A DNA stretch of 64,000 nt from assembly GCA_963762145.1 (NCBI GenBank), contig CAVXJS010000019.1:32001-96000 (forward strand), in the 5' to 3' direction. Under the pieces are notes generated by a model. That model was not told where the DNA came from. It saw nothing but the letters and a program-made list of their open reading frames with translations, and searched no databases. A program made the position numbers and the translations under genes. The stretch is from an uncultured Candidatus Rokubacteria bacterium (GTDB lineage Bacteria > Methylomirabilota > Methylomirabilia > Rokubacteriales > CSP1-6). Shown here piece by piece: positions 51,094 through 62,420 of this stretch. Within the stretch, counting starts at the first letter, position 1. Every line of letters begins with the position of its first letter.

Positions 51094-51384
51094 ATGTTCG
51101 AGGACAGAGCCCGGGTTCTGCTCATCCTCCCTCAGGACGTTCTCGATCGGGCGCGCGTGTTCGCGGGTGAGGCGATGACGAAGCTGAAGGGCCCCGTGAG
51201 CCTGCAGATGGTCCTGCGCGCGCTCATCGACCAGGGGCTCCGGCGCGAGCGCGATCGCGCCCTGCTGACCAACATCGAGGTGCAGATGCGGGCGGTCCGG
51301 GAAGTCCGGAGCCGCCGCCGCCGGCCTCCCGCGCTGGCCCGCGTCACGCGCGCGGGGGCCCGGGCGAGCGGGCGAAGGAGCTGA
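51094..51384 (+). CDS. Ribbon-helix-helix-like small regulator
   Basis: GGAGG RBS; RVLLILPQDVLDRARVFAGE...VSLQMVLRALIDQGL. Confidence 0.6.
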   Translation: MFEDRARVLLILPQDVLDRARVFAGEAMTKLKGPVSLQMVLRALIDQGLRRERDRALLTNIEVQMRAVREVRSRRRRPPALARVTRAGARASGRRS

Positions 51385-51651
51385 ATGGCCGAGACGGTCT
51401 TCACGGCGGGAGACTTCATCCGGCGGGTGGTCGAGAGTCTCCTCCGCGGTGATTGTCGAGGCCAGCTGGTCTGCGCCCGGTGCCTGGTCAAGCTGGCCAA
51501 GGGTCATCTGGACCGGAGCTACACGACGCGCGAGGTGGTCGACGTGGTGGAGGAGATCTTCGGGGCACCCGCGCCGTTGACCCACGCGCCGGCCTCCACC
51601 TGCGGGGCGTGCGCGCGGAAGAAGGTCCCATGCCTCGCGGCGGCGGCGTGA
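51385..51651 (+). CDS. Small Cys4 protein, putative Zn-binding winged helix (paralog of 41091-41375)
   Basis: AAGGAG RBS, abuts the upstream stop; CARC...CGAC...PC. Confidence 0.7.
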   Translation: MAETVFTAGDFIRRVVESLLRGDCRGQLVCARCLVKLAKGHLDRSYTTREVVDVVEEIFGAPAPLTHAPASTCGACARKKVPCLAAAA

Positions 51652-51695
51652 CGGCTCGTGGCTGACCCGCGTCGGGCGAGCGAGGGGGACGAACA

Positions 51696-52190
51696 ATGGG
51701 GGGTAGAAATCGAGTGATGGCGCGGCGGCACTTCATGGGCAACCGGACGTACAAGGGCCTCACCTATACCCTGGAGCTCGAGGCCATCCAGGAGTACGTG
51801 TTCAAGGCGCACGCGAGGCTGTCGCCCTCCGGGCCGGAGGTCTCCATCGTGGACGAGACCTCGGACGCGGCCCTCAAGCGGGCCGAGGCCGGGATCCGGC
51901 AGGTGATCGAGGAGCGCGAGGCGGGCACCGTCGTGCGGGAGCGCCTGCCCGAGCGGATGTACGGGGACGTCAAGTACACGATCATCGTGCGGACGGAGGC
52001 GACGCGCGTCGTGGCCGAGCTCTACTTCATCCGCGCCAACGCGCAACCGCGGCGCCCGGGCCCCGGCACCTTCTTCGCCCTCTTCGAGGGCAAGACCAAG
52101 CAGGGGGCGATCGGCCAGGCCGAGCGGGGACTCAAGGCCAAGCTCGACAAGGAGCGTTCGGGCACCACGGCGGCGCGCTCCAGCCGGTAG
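51696..52190 (+). CDS. Hypothetical protein with internal domain duplication (HicB-like beta-beta-beta-alpha units?)
   Basis: RTYKGLTYT...ETSDAALKRAEAGI versus RMYGDVKYT...KTKQGAIGQAERGL; start uncertain. Confidence 0.65.
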   Translation: MGGRNRVMARRHFMGNRTYKGLTYTLELEAIQEYVFKAHARLSPSGPEVSIVDETSDAALKRAEAGIRQVIEEREAGTVVRERLPERMYGDVKYTIIVRTEATRVVAELYFIRANAQPRRPGPGTFFALFEGKTKQGAIGQAERGLKAKLDKERSGTTAARSSR

Positions 52191-52192
52191 CG

Positions 52193-52480
52193 ATGCCTGA
52201 GACGGGCCTGGGCCTGAGTGCCTTGTGGGAGGAGCGCGACTACAAGGCGTGTGGGGCCTCGATGGAGTGTCGAGGCCGCTTCATCCTCGACAAGCTGTTC
52301 GACCGGGACACGCGCCGGCTCAAGGGCGCGTGGCTCGCCGCCTTCGGAACCCGCGTGCTCGGCCCGCCGGAGATCCGGACCGACGAGATCACCAAGGCCC
52401 AGTGGCAGGTGATCCTGTCCCACATGGGGGCGAGCCCGGACGAGATCGCCGACGTGCAGACCCGCATGGGGCGTTCCTGA
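52193..52480 (+). CDS. Hypothetical protein (95 aa)
   Basis: ATG 2 nt after the previous stop; GC3-rich codon pattern. Confidence 0.6.
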   Translation: MPETGLGLSALWEERDYKACGASMECRGRFILDKLFDRDTRRLKGAWLAAFGTRVLGPPEIRTDEITKAQWQVILSHMGASPDEIADVQTRMGRS

Positions 52481-52541
52481 CCGGTCGGGTGCGCGCGACC
52501 GGTTGACCGCGGTCGCCGACCGCTGCATGATCGGCACCCAC

Positions 52542-53471
52542 ATGACGCCGGTCGCCTCGCCACCCCGCTCCGCTGGTTTCCGCGCGCCCGGACGGCTGGG
52601 GGCCGGGATCGTGATCGCCGCCGGTCTCCTGCTGATCCTCGCCGCCACCACCAGGCCATTGCCCGCGCCCGCGGGCGATCCCGGCGCGAAGGTGGTGATC
52701 CGCCTGCCCGACGTGGTGCGGGCCCTGGTGCTCGGCCTCCTCGCCCTCTCCGCGGTCGTCCTGGTCTCGCTGCAGCGGCGACGCCCGGCCGACGACACGC
52801 CCGAGCCTTCCCGCCCGCCCCGGCGCCTTCCTCCGTGGGCGGCCGCGCTGGTCTCCCTGCTCCCGCTCCTGCTGGTGGTGATGGCGTGGTATCTCGTGTC
52901 GCGCTACTGGTCCGCCGGGGACGGCCAGCCGATCGAGCGGGCCTTCGCCGCGCTCGCGGGGCTTCTCGATCTCCTCACGCTGCCCGACAAGCCGCCGACC
53001 TCGATCCCGTCCCTGGACACCGCGATCGCGGTGCTCCTGCTGCTGCTCGCGTTCGGGATCTTCGCGCTGATGGTCCTGGTCGCGCTGGCCGATCGGCTGG
53101 AAACGTGGTGGGCCGCGCGAGGACCCGCCGCCGGCTCGCCCGCCGCGCCCGAGACGCTGGCCGCGATCCAGGCGGATCTGCGGACCGAGCCCGACGCGCG
53201 CCGCGCGATCATCCGCGCCTACGGCCGCTTCGAGCGCGCGCTCGCGGGTGCCCGGGCGCCGCGGGCGGCGTGGCAGACGCCGGCCGAGTTCATGCGGACC
53301 GCGCTCACCCGGTTCCCGGTGGCGGACGCGCCCGTCCGTCGCCTCACCGCGCTCTTCGAGATCGCGCGGTTCAGCGCGCATCCTCTGGGCGCGGAGGCGC
53401 GCGACGCGGCGTGTGATTGCCTGGACGAGATCGGCGCCGCGCTCGAGGAGGACGCGGCCCGTGCGCGCTGA
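52542..53471 (+). CDS. DUF4129-domain membrane protein
   Basis: TM segments; RRAIIRAYGRFE...QTPAEF...LTALFEIARFS; promoter TTGACC-N17-CATGAT at 52503. Confidence 0.8.
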   Translation: MTPVASPPRSAGFRAPGRLGAGIVIAAGLLLILAATTRPLPAPAGDPGAKVVIRLPDVVRALVLGLLALSAVVLVSLQRRRPADDTPEPSRPPRRLPPWAAALVSLLPLLLVVMAWYLVSRYWSAGDGQPIERAFAALAGLLDLLTLPDKPPTSIPSLDTAIAVLLLLLAFGIFALMVLVALADRLETWWAARGPAAGSPAAPETLAAIQADLRTEPDARRAIIRAYGRFERALAGARAPRAAWQTPAEFMRTALTRFPVADAPVRRLTALFEIARFSAHPLGAEARDAACDCLDEIGAALEEDAARAR

Positions 53472-53915
53472 GCGGCTGCTCGCCCCGATCGTCATCCGCT
53501 GCGCGGTCCTGGCCGGCGTCGTGCTCCTGGCGGTGGTGCCGGTCTACGTCTTCGTCGAGGCCTCGTGGCGCACCCTGGTGGCGCGGGTGGCGGTGGCGTT
53601 CGTGCTCGGCGTCGCCCTCCTGCAGCTCCGGGGGGTGGTCGCGGCGCGGCTCGCGCGCGCGGGCGGCTCGCCGCTCGAGCAGGAGCTCGCGCGGCCCGGT
53701 CCCCTGGCCGCGGTGCCGCTGCGCTTCGAGGAGCTGATCGATGACGTGCGGGCGACGCGGCGCAGCCGCGGCCACTTCGAGCGGATCATGTGGCCGCGCC
53801 TGACCGCGCTCGCAGGGCGCCCGCTCGCCCGCCCGCCCGTCCGGCTCGGGCGCGGACCCAGCCTGGGCGACCTCCGGCGGATGATCGCGGAGATCGAGCG
53901 CGGGGAGGGAGGACG

Positions 53916-53919
<4 letters not shown>
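53461..53919 (+). CDS. Hypothetical membrane protein of the MoxR operon
   Basis: Two TM segments; GRGPSLGDLRRMIAEIE C-terminus; overlaps both neighbours. Confidence 0.7.
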
Positions 53920-54868
<949 letters not shown>

Positions 54869-54872
<4 letters not shown>

Positions 54873-56146
54873 CCTGGCGGCCGACCGCGCTCAACGTCTC
54901 GCTCCTGACCGTGGTCGGCTGGGCCCTCTTCCTGGCCGTGTTCACGGCCCGGGTCGAGCTCGCGGTGGTCGCCATTCCCGCGGTGGTCGCCCTCGTGGCC
55001 GGGCGGCGGGCCGGGGCGCCGCCCAGCTGTCGGATCCGCCGCGAAGTCTCGAGCCGGCGCCTCCTCGAGGACGAGTGCGTGACCGTGACCGTCACGCTGC
55101 GCGCGGAGGGGCCGCTCCCGCTGGTGGAGCTGCTCGAGCCGCTGCCGCCCCGGGTCGGCCTCGAGCGCGGGAGCCATCACGCCTTCTTCACGCTGCGCGC
55201 CGGGCAGGAGATCGCCTGGACCTTCGAGCTGCGCGGCGCGGGCCGCCAGCACCTGCGCCTCGAGGGGCCGCACGTGCGGGTCTGGGGACCGCTCGGGCTC
55301 GCCGCCGCCGAGGGCCAGCAGCGGGCCGCCGCGACGATCGCGGTCTACCCGCGGCACGCCCCCATCCGGTACCTGCCGCACCCGGAGCGCACGCAGACGT
55401 TCGTGGGCAACTACGTCTCGCCCACGCAGGGGGAAGGCATCGAGCCGGGCGACATCCGGCCCTTCGCGCCGGGCGATCAGGTCCGGCACGTGAACTGGCG
55501 CGCGACGCTGAAGCTCGGCCCGCTGCACGTCACGCGACATCACCAGGAGCGGAACGCGGACGTGGTGCTCCTGCTCGACACCCTCTCGGACGTGGGTCCC
55601 GACGGCCAGACCGTCGTGGACGCCGCGGTGCGGGGCGCGGCCGCGCTCGCCTCGGCCTATCTCGCGCGCAAGGACCGCGTCGGGCTGATCGAGTACGGCG
55701 GCCAGCCGCGCTGGGTGAGGCCGGGCGCGGGCCGCGCCCATCTCGAGCGTCTGCTCGATACGCTGCTGAGCGCGTCGGTCGTGTTCACGTACGTCAGTCG
55801 AGACCTCGATCTGGTGCCGCCGCGCATCCTGCCGCCGCAGGCCCTGGTGGTGGCGCTGAGCCCGCTGCTCGACCGGCGCTTCGTGCGGGCCGCGACCGAC
55901 CTCGCCGCGCGGGGCTTCGATCTCCTGGTCATCGCGGTCTCGCCGGTCCCGGCGGCCCGCGCCGCGATGCGGCGGTCTGCGGTGGTCGACGTGGCGGCGC
56001 GCCTCTGGGCGCTGGAGCGCCGGGCCGAGCTCGAAGGGTACCGCCGCCAGGGGCTCCGCATCGTCGAGTGGGACGGGGTCGCGCCCCTCGATGCGGTCCT
56101 GGCGCCCTGGAGCCGCCGGTCCCGGCGGCGCGTGCTGGCCGGATGA
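54869..56146 (+). CDS. DUF58 domain protein
   Basis: GIEPGDIRPFAPGDQVRHVNWRAT, LLLDT, DRVGL. Confidence 0.88.
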
Positions 56147-56664
56147 TGCGCCTGGCCGCGCTCGTGCTGCTCGCGGTCCTGGCCGCGCTCCCGCTCGGGG
56201 TGCAGCCGGCCACGCCCCCGGTCACCTGGCTCGCCATGGCCGCGCTCCTGGTGGGCGGCGTCGGAGTGATCGCGTGGTCCGTGCCGCTCGTGACCGCGGC
56301 CGGCTCGCTCGTGGTGATCGCCTACGCCCTCGCGCTGGTGATCGCGGCGCCGGCCCCCGAGCTCCTCCCGCCGATCGCGCTGGGCGCGACGCTCGTGCTG
56401 CTGCTCGCGCTCGTCCACTTCGGCGGCCGAGTCCGCGGGGCCCTGATCGGCCCGGGGGTCATCGCGGCGCAGGCGCGTCAGTGGCTCGCGGTGGTGGGGC
56501 TCGGGGTCGCCGCGACCGTCGGGCTCGCCGCGCTGGCGGCGCCGATCGGCGTGGCGCTCCGGAGCGCCACGCTTCCGCTGGTGGTGATCGCGGGGGCGCT
56601 CGGCGCGGTCCTGACCGTGGCCGGCGTCATCGCGCTCGTGGCGCGCGAAGGGGAGCGGCGCTAG
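56143..56664 (+). CDS. Hypothetical multi-TM membrane protein
   Basis: Very hydrophobic 173 aa ORF; ATGA overlap with DUF58. Confidence 0.7.
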   Translation: MMRLAALVLLAVLAALPLGVQPATPPVTWLAMAALLVGGVGVIAWSVPLVTAAGSLVVIAYALALVIAAPAPELLPPIALGATLVLLLALVHFGGRVRGALIGPGVIAAQARQWLAVVGLGVAATVGLAALAAPIGVALRSATLPLVVIAGALGAVLTVAGVIALVAREGERR

Positions 56665-58062
56665 GCCGCCGGCTCCGGCGGCCGCCGCGCCCAGTCGGTG
56701 GCCTCCTCGTAGGCCTGGCCGATCCGGAGCGCCATCGCCTCGGCGCCCGCCTGCGCCACGATCTGCAGCGACGTCGGCAGGCCGCCCGCGGTGAAGCCGT
56801 TGGGCACCGCGAGCGCCGCAGAGCCCGAGGTAGTTCACCGGCCGGGTGAAGTGCGCCGCGGTGCCGGCCTGATCCGCCTGCTCGATCGGGATCGGCGGGG
56901 TCAGCGCGGTCGGGGTGAGCAGCGCGTCCACGTGGGCCAGCGCGGCGGCCACCTCGCGGCTTCGCTCCTCGCGCTCGGCCAGCGCGAGCAGGTAGTCGCG
57001 GGCGGAGACCCCGCGGCCGATCTGGATGCGCGGGCGCACGTGCGGATCCACCGGCTGGCGCTCGTCGTCGACGAGGTGGCCGACGAAGCGGTACCCCTCG
57101 GCGCCGATGATGCGGCCGGTGGCCGCCGCGTAGTCGCTGAAGCGGTGGGGGAGCTTGACGCGCTCGATGCGCGCGCCGAGCTTGGCGAAGGTCTCCACCG
57201 AGGCGTCGTAGGCGGCGAGCACCTCCTTGTCCACGCCCACCCGCTCGACGTCGGGCATCACCGCGAGGCGGAGCCCGGCGGCGCCGCGCCGCAGGGCCGG
57301 CATCGGGTCGTCGGCGGTCCAGGCGAGGGTCTGCCGATCGCGGGGATCCGGCCCGTTGAGGAGCCGGTAGATCAGGGCCGCGTCCTCGACCGATCGCGCG
57401 ATCGGGCCCGGGGTGTCGAGGGTGAAGGAGAGCGGCAGCACGCCGAACGTGCTGATGCGGCCGGCGGTGACCTTCAGGCCGACGATGCCGCACCATCCGG
57501 CGGGCAGGCGCACCGAGCCACCGGTGTCGGTGCCGATGGCGACGGGGGCGAGCCCCGCGCTCACCGACACCGCAGAGCCGCTGGAGGAGCCGCCCGGCGT
57601 GCGGTGGACCTTCGGGTCCCACGGGTTCCAGGGCGTGCCCATGTGCGTGTTGGTGCCCCAGCTCCCCATCGCGAACTCGACGGTGTGGGTCTTGCCGAGC
57701 ACGATCATCCCGGCCGCGATGGCGCGCTCGGCCAGCGTGGCGGTGACCGGCGAGACGCGCTCGGCCCAGACCTTCGAGCCGCCGGTCGTGACGCGGCCCT
57801 CGAGATCCACGAGGTCCTTCAGCGCGATCGGCACGCCGTGGAGCGGCCCGATGCGGTGGCCGGAGCGGATCGCCCGCTCCGCGCCCTCGGCGGCCTGGCG
57901 GGCCTCGTCCGCGTAGACGGCGACGAAGGCGTGGAGGCGGCCGTCGTGGCGGCGGATGCGATCGAGCAGCGCGCCGACCGCGTCCACCGGAGACAGCGTG
58001 CGCGCGCCGAAGGCCTGCGAGAGCTGGGCGACGCCGGCCCATACCGGATCGATGCTGGTCAT
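56661..58062 (-). CDS. Amidase-signature family enzyme (frameshift ~56820)
   Basis: GPLHGVPIALKD, PGGSSSGS, GTDTGGSVRLPA. Confidence 0.9.
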
Positions 58063-59303
58063 TCCGCGAGTCCTCCGTATTGGTTGGCGTGCTGGTTGGG
58101 CCCGCGCTTGTCCGAGACGATCCGCCCGTCCTTCAGGACGAGGAGGAGCCGGCGCAGGTTGGTGATGTTCTCGAGCGGATCGGCGGCCACCACGATGAGG
58201 TCCGCGATCTTCCCGGGCTCGATGGTCCCGAGCCGATCGCCGACGCCGCAGAGCTCGGCGGCGTGCCGCGTGGCGGCCAGCAGCGCCTGCCACGGCGTGG
58301 CGCCGGCCGCGACCCAGAGGCCGAGCTCGAGCAGGGCGGCCTCCTTGAGCGGCCGGATGTCGGAGCCGAGGGCCATGCGCACGCCGGCGGCCAGGGCCGC
58401 GCGAAAGGCCTCGCGATGCGGCTCGGCCGCCGCGTCCGCGCGGTGGCAGAGGTCGGCGGCCAGATTGCGCTCCTCCACCCAGCGCTTCTCCCACGGATCG
58501 CGCGCCTGGTCCGGCGTCAGGTGGGTGATGGCCAGCGTCGGCACGTACCAGGTGCGGTGCGCATGCAGGCTCTCGATGGCGGGCGCGTCCATGATGTACC
58601 CGTGCTCGACGCTGTGCGCGCCGAGCCGCGCCGCGGCCTGCACGGTCTCCGGGCTGGCCGCGTGCGCCATCACCGGGAATCCGCGCTGGCGGCAGATCGC
58701 GAAGGCTGCCTCGAGCTCCTCCGGCAGGAGGAACGCCTGCGAGTGGCGGTCCCACGCCGGCCCCATGATGCCGCCGGTCAGGTTCAGCTTGATGTGGTCC
58801 ACGCCGTTCTTGATCTGCTCGCGGATGGCGCGGACGAAGCCGTAGGGGCCGTCGCACTCCCGCGCGTGGCCGGAGGTGAGGAAGTGCCCGCCGGTGGTGG
58901 TGAGGAAGTGCCCCGCCGCGAACACCCGCGGGCCCACGTACTGCCCGGCCTCGAAGGCGCGCTTCCACGCCACGTCCATGAAGTGCGCCGCTCCCGCGCA
59001 CCGCACGCCGACCACGCCGCTCTCGGTCAGGGCCTGCATCAGGCGGTGGCCGAAGATGGCGGTCTGCTCGGCGACGGAGGCGCCGGTGGAGGCGAGGTAG
59101 TCGGGGTGGATGTGGACGTCCCAGAGGCCGGGCAGGAGGTAGGCGCCCCCGAGGTCGATCACGTGCGCGTCGCGCGTGTCGGGCGCGCGACCGGCGGCCA
59201 GCACCTCCACGATGCGGCCGCGGTCGATGACGACGCTGGCGCCGACCGCCGGGCGGGGGCTCACGCAGTCGATCACCGTCGCGTTCGCGAGCACGGTTCG
59301 CAT
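58059..59303 (-). CDS. Metal-dependent amidohydrolase
   Basis: LLPGLWDVHIH (HxH), MAHA, SVEHG, LGSD, GKIADL. Confidence 0.92.
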   Translation of the reverse strand: MRTVLANATVIDCVSPRPAVGASVVIDRGRIVEVLAAGRAPDTRDAHVIDLGGAYLLPGLWDVHIHPDYLASTGASVAEQTAIFGHRLMQALTESGVVGVRCAGAAHFMDVAWKRAFEAGQYVGPRVFAAGHFLTTTGGHFLTSGHARECDGPYGFVRAIREQIKNGVDHIKLNLTGGIMGPAWDRHSQAFLLPEELEAAFAICRQRGFPVMAHAASPETVQAAARLGAHSVEHGYIMDAPAIESLHAHRTWYVPTLAITHLTPDQARDPWEKRWVEERNLAADLCHRADAAAEPHREAFRAALAAGVRMALGSDIRPLKEAALLELGLWVAAGATPWQALLAATRHAAELCGVGDRLGTIEPGKIADLIVVAADPLENITNLRRLLLVLKDGRIVSDKRGPNQHANQYGGLAE

Positions 59304-59393
59304 CGCGCCCGATCCTGCCAGAGCGGGGGGGACAGGTCAAACGGGGCCCGCCGGGGACTTGACGGCCGCGAGGAAACTGGCCATGGTGCGGGC

Positions 59394-60266
59394 ATGCCGC
59401 GGCCGGCCGGCGTGCCCGTATCCCTCGTCAGCGTCCGCACGCGCGATGGCGTCGTCCTGGACGGCGCGGCCTCCCACCCGCGCGGGCGCCGGCGGACCGC
59501 GCTCATCTGGGTGCACGGCCTCGGCTCGACGTTCTCCTCGGGGCAGCCGCTCATCCGGGCGCTGTCGGGACGTCTGAACGCGGCGGGCCTGGGCTACGTC
59601 AAGCTCAACACGCGCGGCCACGGCGTCGTCACGCGGGCGGGCCCGCGGCTCGCGGGCGCCGCGTTCGAGGACTTCCGCGAGAGCGTTCACGACGTCCGGG
59701 CCGCCATCGCGCTGGCGGTGGCGAGCGGCTACCGGCGCGTCATCCTGGCCGGGCATTCCACCGGCGCCAACAAGGTCCTGCACTACGCGGCGCGGACCCG
59801 GGACCGGCGCGTGGCCGGGCTCATCCTGCTCGGGCCCGTCTCCGACATCGCGGGCGAGCGGAAGCGGATCGGCCGCCGCGTGCTGGCCCGGCGGGTCGCG
59901 GCCGCGGCGCGGATGGCGCGCCGGGATCCGGAGGCCCTCATCCCGCGCGCCTGGGGCTTCCGGAGCGCCGCGCGCTTCGTCAGCCTCTTCCGTCCCGGCG
60001 AGGCGGAGGACGTCTTCCAGTACTACCGGCCCGACGGCGACTGGCGCGCGCTCGCACGGATCCGGGTGCCGACCGCGGTGATCGTCGGCGGCCGCGACGA
60101 GTATCTGGACCGGCGGGCGGCGGACCTGGTCGGCGCCTTCGAGCGCCACGCCTTCGGCGCGCCGGCGTTCACCGGCATCGTCGTGCCCGGCGCGTCCCAC
60201 GGGTTCCGCGGGCACGAGGCCGCGCTCGCGCGCGCGGTCGTCCGCTGGGCGCGGGCGCTGGGCTAG
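59394..60266 (+). CDS. Alpha/beta-fold hydrolase
   Basis: VHGLGS, GHSTG nucleophile elbow, GASHGF; leaderless promoter TTGACG-N17-CATGGT. Confidence 0.85.
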   Translation: MPRPAGVPVSLVSVRTRDGVVLDGAASHPRGRRRTALIWVHGLGSTFSSGQPLIRALSGRLNAAGLGYVKLNTRGHGVVTRAGPRLAGAAFEDFRESVHDVRAAIALAVASGYRRVILAGHSTGANKVLHYAARTRDRRVAGLILLGPVSDIAGERKRIGRRVLARRVAAAARMARRDPEALIPRAWGFRSAARFVSLFRPGEAEDVFQYYRPDGDWRALARIRVPTAVIVGGRDEYLDRRAADLVGAFERHAFGAPAFTGIVVPGASHGFRGHEAALARAVVRWARALG

Positions 60267-60272
60267 CGTCGG

Positions 60273-60854
60273 GTGGACGCCCTCGTCTCCGTCCTCGCGG
60301 GCCTGGCCCTGAGCGCGGCGGTGGGCTTCAGGGTCTTCGTTCCCCTCCTCCTCACCGGCTCGGCCGCGCGGCTCGGCTATCTCCAGCTGACCTCCGACAT
60401 GGCCTGGCTCGGATCCGACGCGGCGCTCGTGGCGCTGGCCACCGCCACCGTCTTCGAGGTCTCCGCCTACTACGTGCCCTGGCTCGACAATCTGCTGGAC
60501 ACGATGGCCACGCCGGCCGCGATCGTGGCCGGGGTGATGGCCTGGGCCGCGGTCACCCCGGAGCTCTCGCCGCTGCTGCGGTGGACGCTGGCGATCGTCG
60601 CGGGGGGCGGGGCGGCCGGGCTCGTCCAGTCGGGCACCGCCGTGCTGCGGCTGCATTCCTCCGCGTTCACGGCCGGATTCGGCAATCCGGTGGTGGCCAC
60701 CGGCGAGCTGGCCGGCGCGGTCTCGCTCAGCGTGCTCGCGGTGCTCGCCCCGGTGCTCGCCGCGTTGCTCGGCGTGCTCGTGCTCGTCGGGCTGGGCGCC
60801 TTCTACCGCCGCGCCACCAGCCGCCGGAACGCGGCGCCGTACTCGAAGCCGTAG
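60273..60854 (+). CDS. DUF4126 family membrane protein
   Basis: GLALSAAVGFRVFVPL, YYVPWLDNLLD, GNPVVATGE. Confidence 0.85.
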   Translation: MDALVSVLAGLALSAAVGFRVFVPLLLTGSAARLGYLQLTSDMAWLGSDAALVALATATVFEVSAYYVPWLDNLLDTMATPAAIVAGVMAWAAVTPELSPLLRWTLAIVAGGGAAGLVQSGTAVLRLHSSAFTAGFGNPVVATGELAGAVSLSVLAVLAPVLAALLGVLVLVGLGAFYRRATSRRNAAPYSKP

Positions 60855-61546
60855 CCGGCTCCCAGCTCGGCCGCGCCCTTCTTCACCCGCTCGCCGATCG
60901 TCACGCCCTCCGGCACGTTGAAGCCCGGCATCTGGCTCTGGTGCCGCACCAGCGCGGCGATCTGCCGCTCGATGCCCGCGGTCACGTCCACGATGACGTC
61001 CGCCTCGTCGGCCCCCCAGTACCAGAGCTCACGCACCTTGTGCGGCTCGAGGCCCTCCTGGGTGATGTGCTCGGCGAAGTGCAGGTGGTCGCGGGCATAC
61101 GGATAGACCGCGTCGGTGGTGACGATGCCGGCCTTGCGGTGGTCGCGGTGCTGGAAGCCCTTGATGCGGTAGGGATCGTGCACGAAGACGGTGTGCGGCC
61201 GATGACGGCGGATGGCCCGCACCACGTCGCCCAGGAACTCGCGCGTGTCCTCGAGCCGTCCGTCGGGATAGCCCAGCATCTCCACGTGGCGCACGCCCAT
61301 GAAGTCGGCGGCGGCCCGCTGCTCGAGCGCCCGCTTGCGGGCCAGCTCCGCGGGGGTGAGATCGCGATCGGCGGTGCCCGCGTCGCCGTTGGTGCACAGC
61401 ACGTAGCTGACCTCGCAGCCGGCGGCCACCCAGGTGGCGATGACCCCGCCCGACCCGATCTCGGCGTCGTCGGGATGGGCGAAGACCACCATGGCGGATT
61501 CGGGCGCGTCGGTGACGATCTCGAGCTTGCGGTCGGAGCTGGGCAT
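60803..61546 (-). CDS. PIG-L/LmbE family deacetylase
   Basis: AHPDDAE, TNGDAG, HRDH, HQSQ. Confidence 0.9.
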   Translation of the reverse strand: MPSSDRKLEIVTDAPESAMVVFAHPDDAEIGSGGVIATWVAAGCEVSYVLCTNGDAGTADRDLTPAELARKRALEQRAAADFMGVRHVEMLGYPDGRLEDTREFLGDVVRAIRRHRPHTVFVHDPYRIKGFQHRDHRKAGIVTTDAVYPYARDHLHFAEHITQEGLEPHKVRELWYWGADEADVIVDVTAGIERQIAALVRHQSQMPGFNVPEGVTIGERVKKGAAELGAGYGFEYGAAFRRLVARR

Positions 61547-61564
61547 GGACCCGATCTTACCTCG

Positions 61565-62420
61565 TCATGACTCGTGTACCGTCGCGAGGACGGCGGGGAG
61601 GGCGGCCAGCGCCTCCTGGAGGCAGCGGCGCACCCGCGCGATGTTCGCCTCCGCCTTCTCGGGAATGCCGCCGCGCGAGATCAGGGCCGATGAACTCGTC
61701 GCGGCTGGTCGTCATCAGCAAGGAGGCGTTGATCTCGAGCTGGAGCGCGTGGATGCGCCGCGTCCAGGGCTGGCCGAAGGTGGCCACGATGTTGCCGCCG
61801 GTATAGCCGGTGATGTTCTGGTGGACCTCGAAGCCGTGGCGGATGAAGATCTCGGCCACCGTGGCCACGATCTGGGGGGCGCAGGTGGCGTCGTGGCGCG
61901 TGCCGATGATCACCTGGTGGTCCTTCATCCGCCGCGGGCTGCCGGTGTGGCCATCCAGCAGCAGGGCGTGGCCGTACGCGCGGTGCAGCTCGGTCAGCAG
62001 GCCCTGGAGCGTCGCGTAGTACGGGTCGTACAGCGCGCACAGGCGCGCCTCGAGCGCGGGGAGCCCGAGCGGCCGCGCGAAGATCGCCACGTCGCGCATG
62101 GTGTGGGTGCGCACCACCCCCCGGCGCGAGCGCACCTCCCCCTCGTGGTGCTCGAAGTCGTCCCGGCGCCGGTTGACGTCCACGAACATCCGCGAGAACG
62201 GGGTGGCCAGCACGGTGGCCCCGTGCTCGTGCAGGTCGCTGTAGACGTCGCCCACGAAGGTGTCGGCGAAGCCGTACGCGAAGGTCTCGAACCAGGGCTC
62301 GGAGTAGTGGTCGCGCGTGACGTCGGGCAGCGGCTGGGTGCCGTAGTGGGGCACGCTCACCAGGATCGGCGTGCGCCGGTCGTCCGCCGGGTGCCTGACG
62401 ATCGGGAAGGGGTGCTCCAT
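61565..62420 (-). CDS. N-formylglutamate amidohydrolase family (frameshift ~61685)
   Basis: VSVPHYG, SRMFVDVNR, YDPYY, YTGG, HALQLEIN. Confidence 0.85.

Noticed and set aside
55657-59340. 1227 aa ORF as a fusion protein
   Set aside because: Only the middle part is the amidase. The rest is off-frame or antisense sequence joined by a frameshift.
60803-60854. 52-nt convergent overlap of the DUF4126 and PIG-L genes
   Set aside because: Short tail-to-tail overlaps are common in GC-rich genomes.
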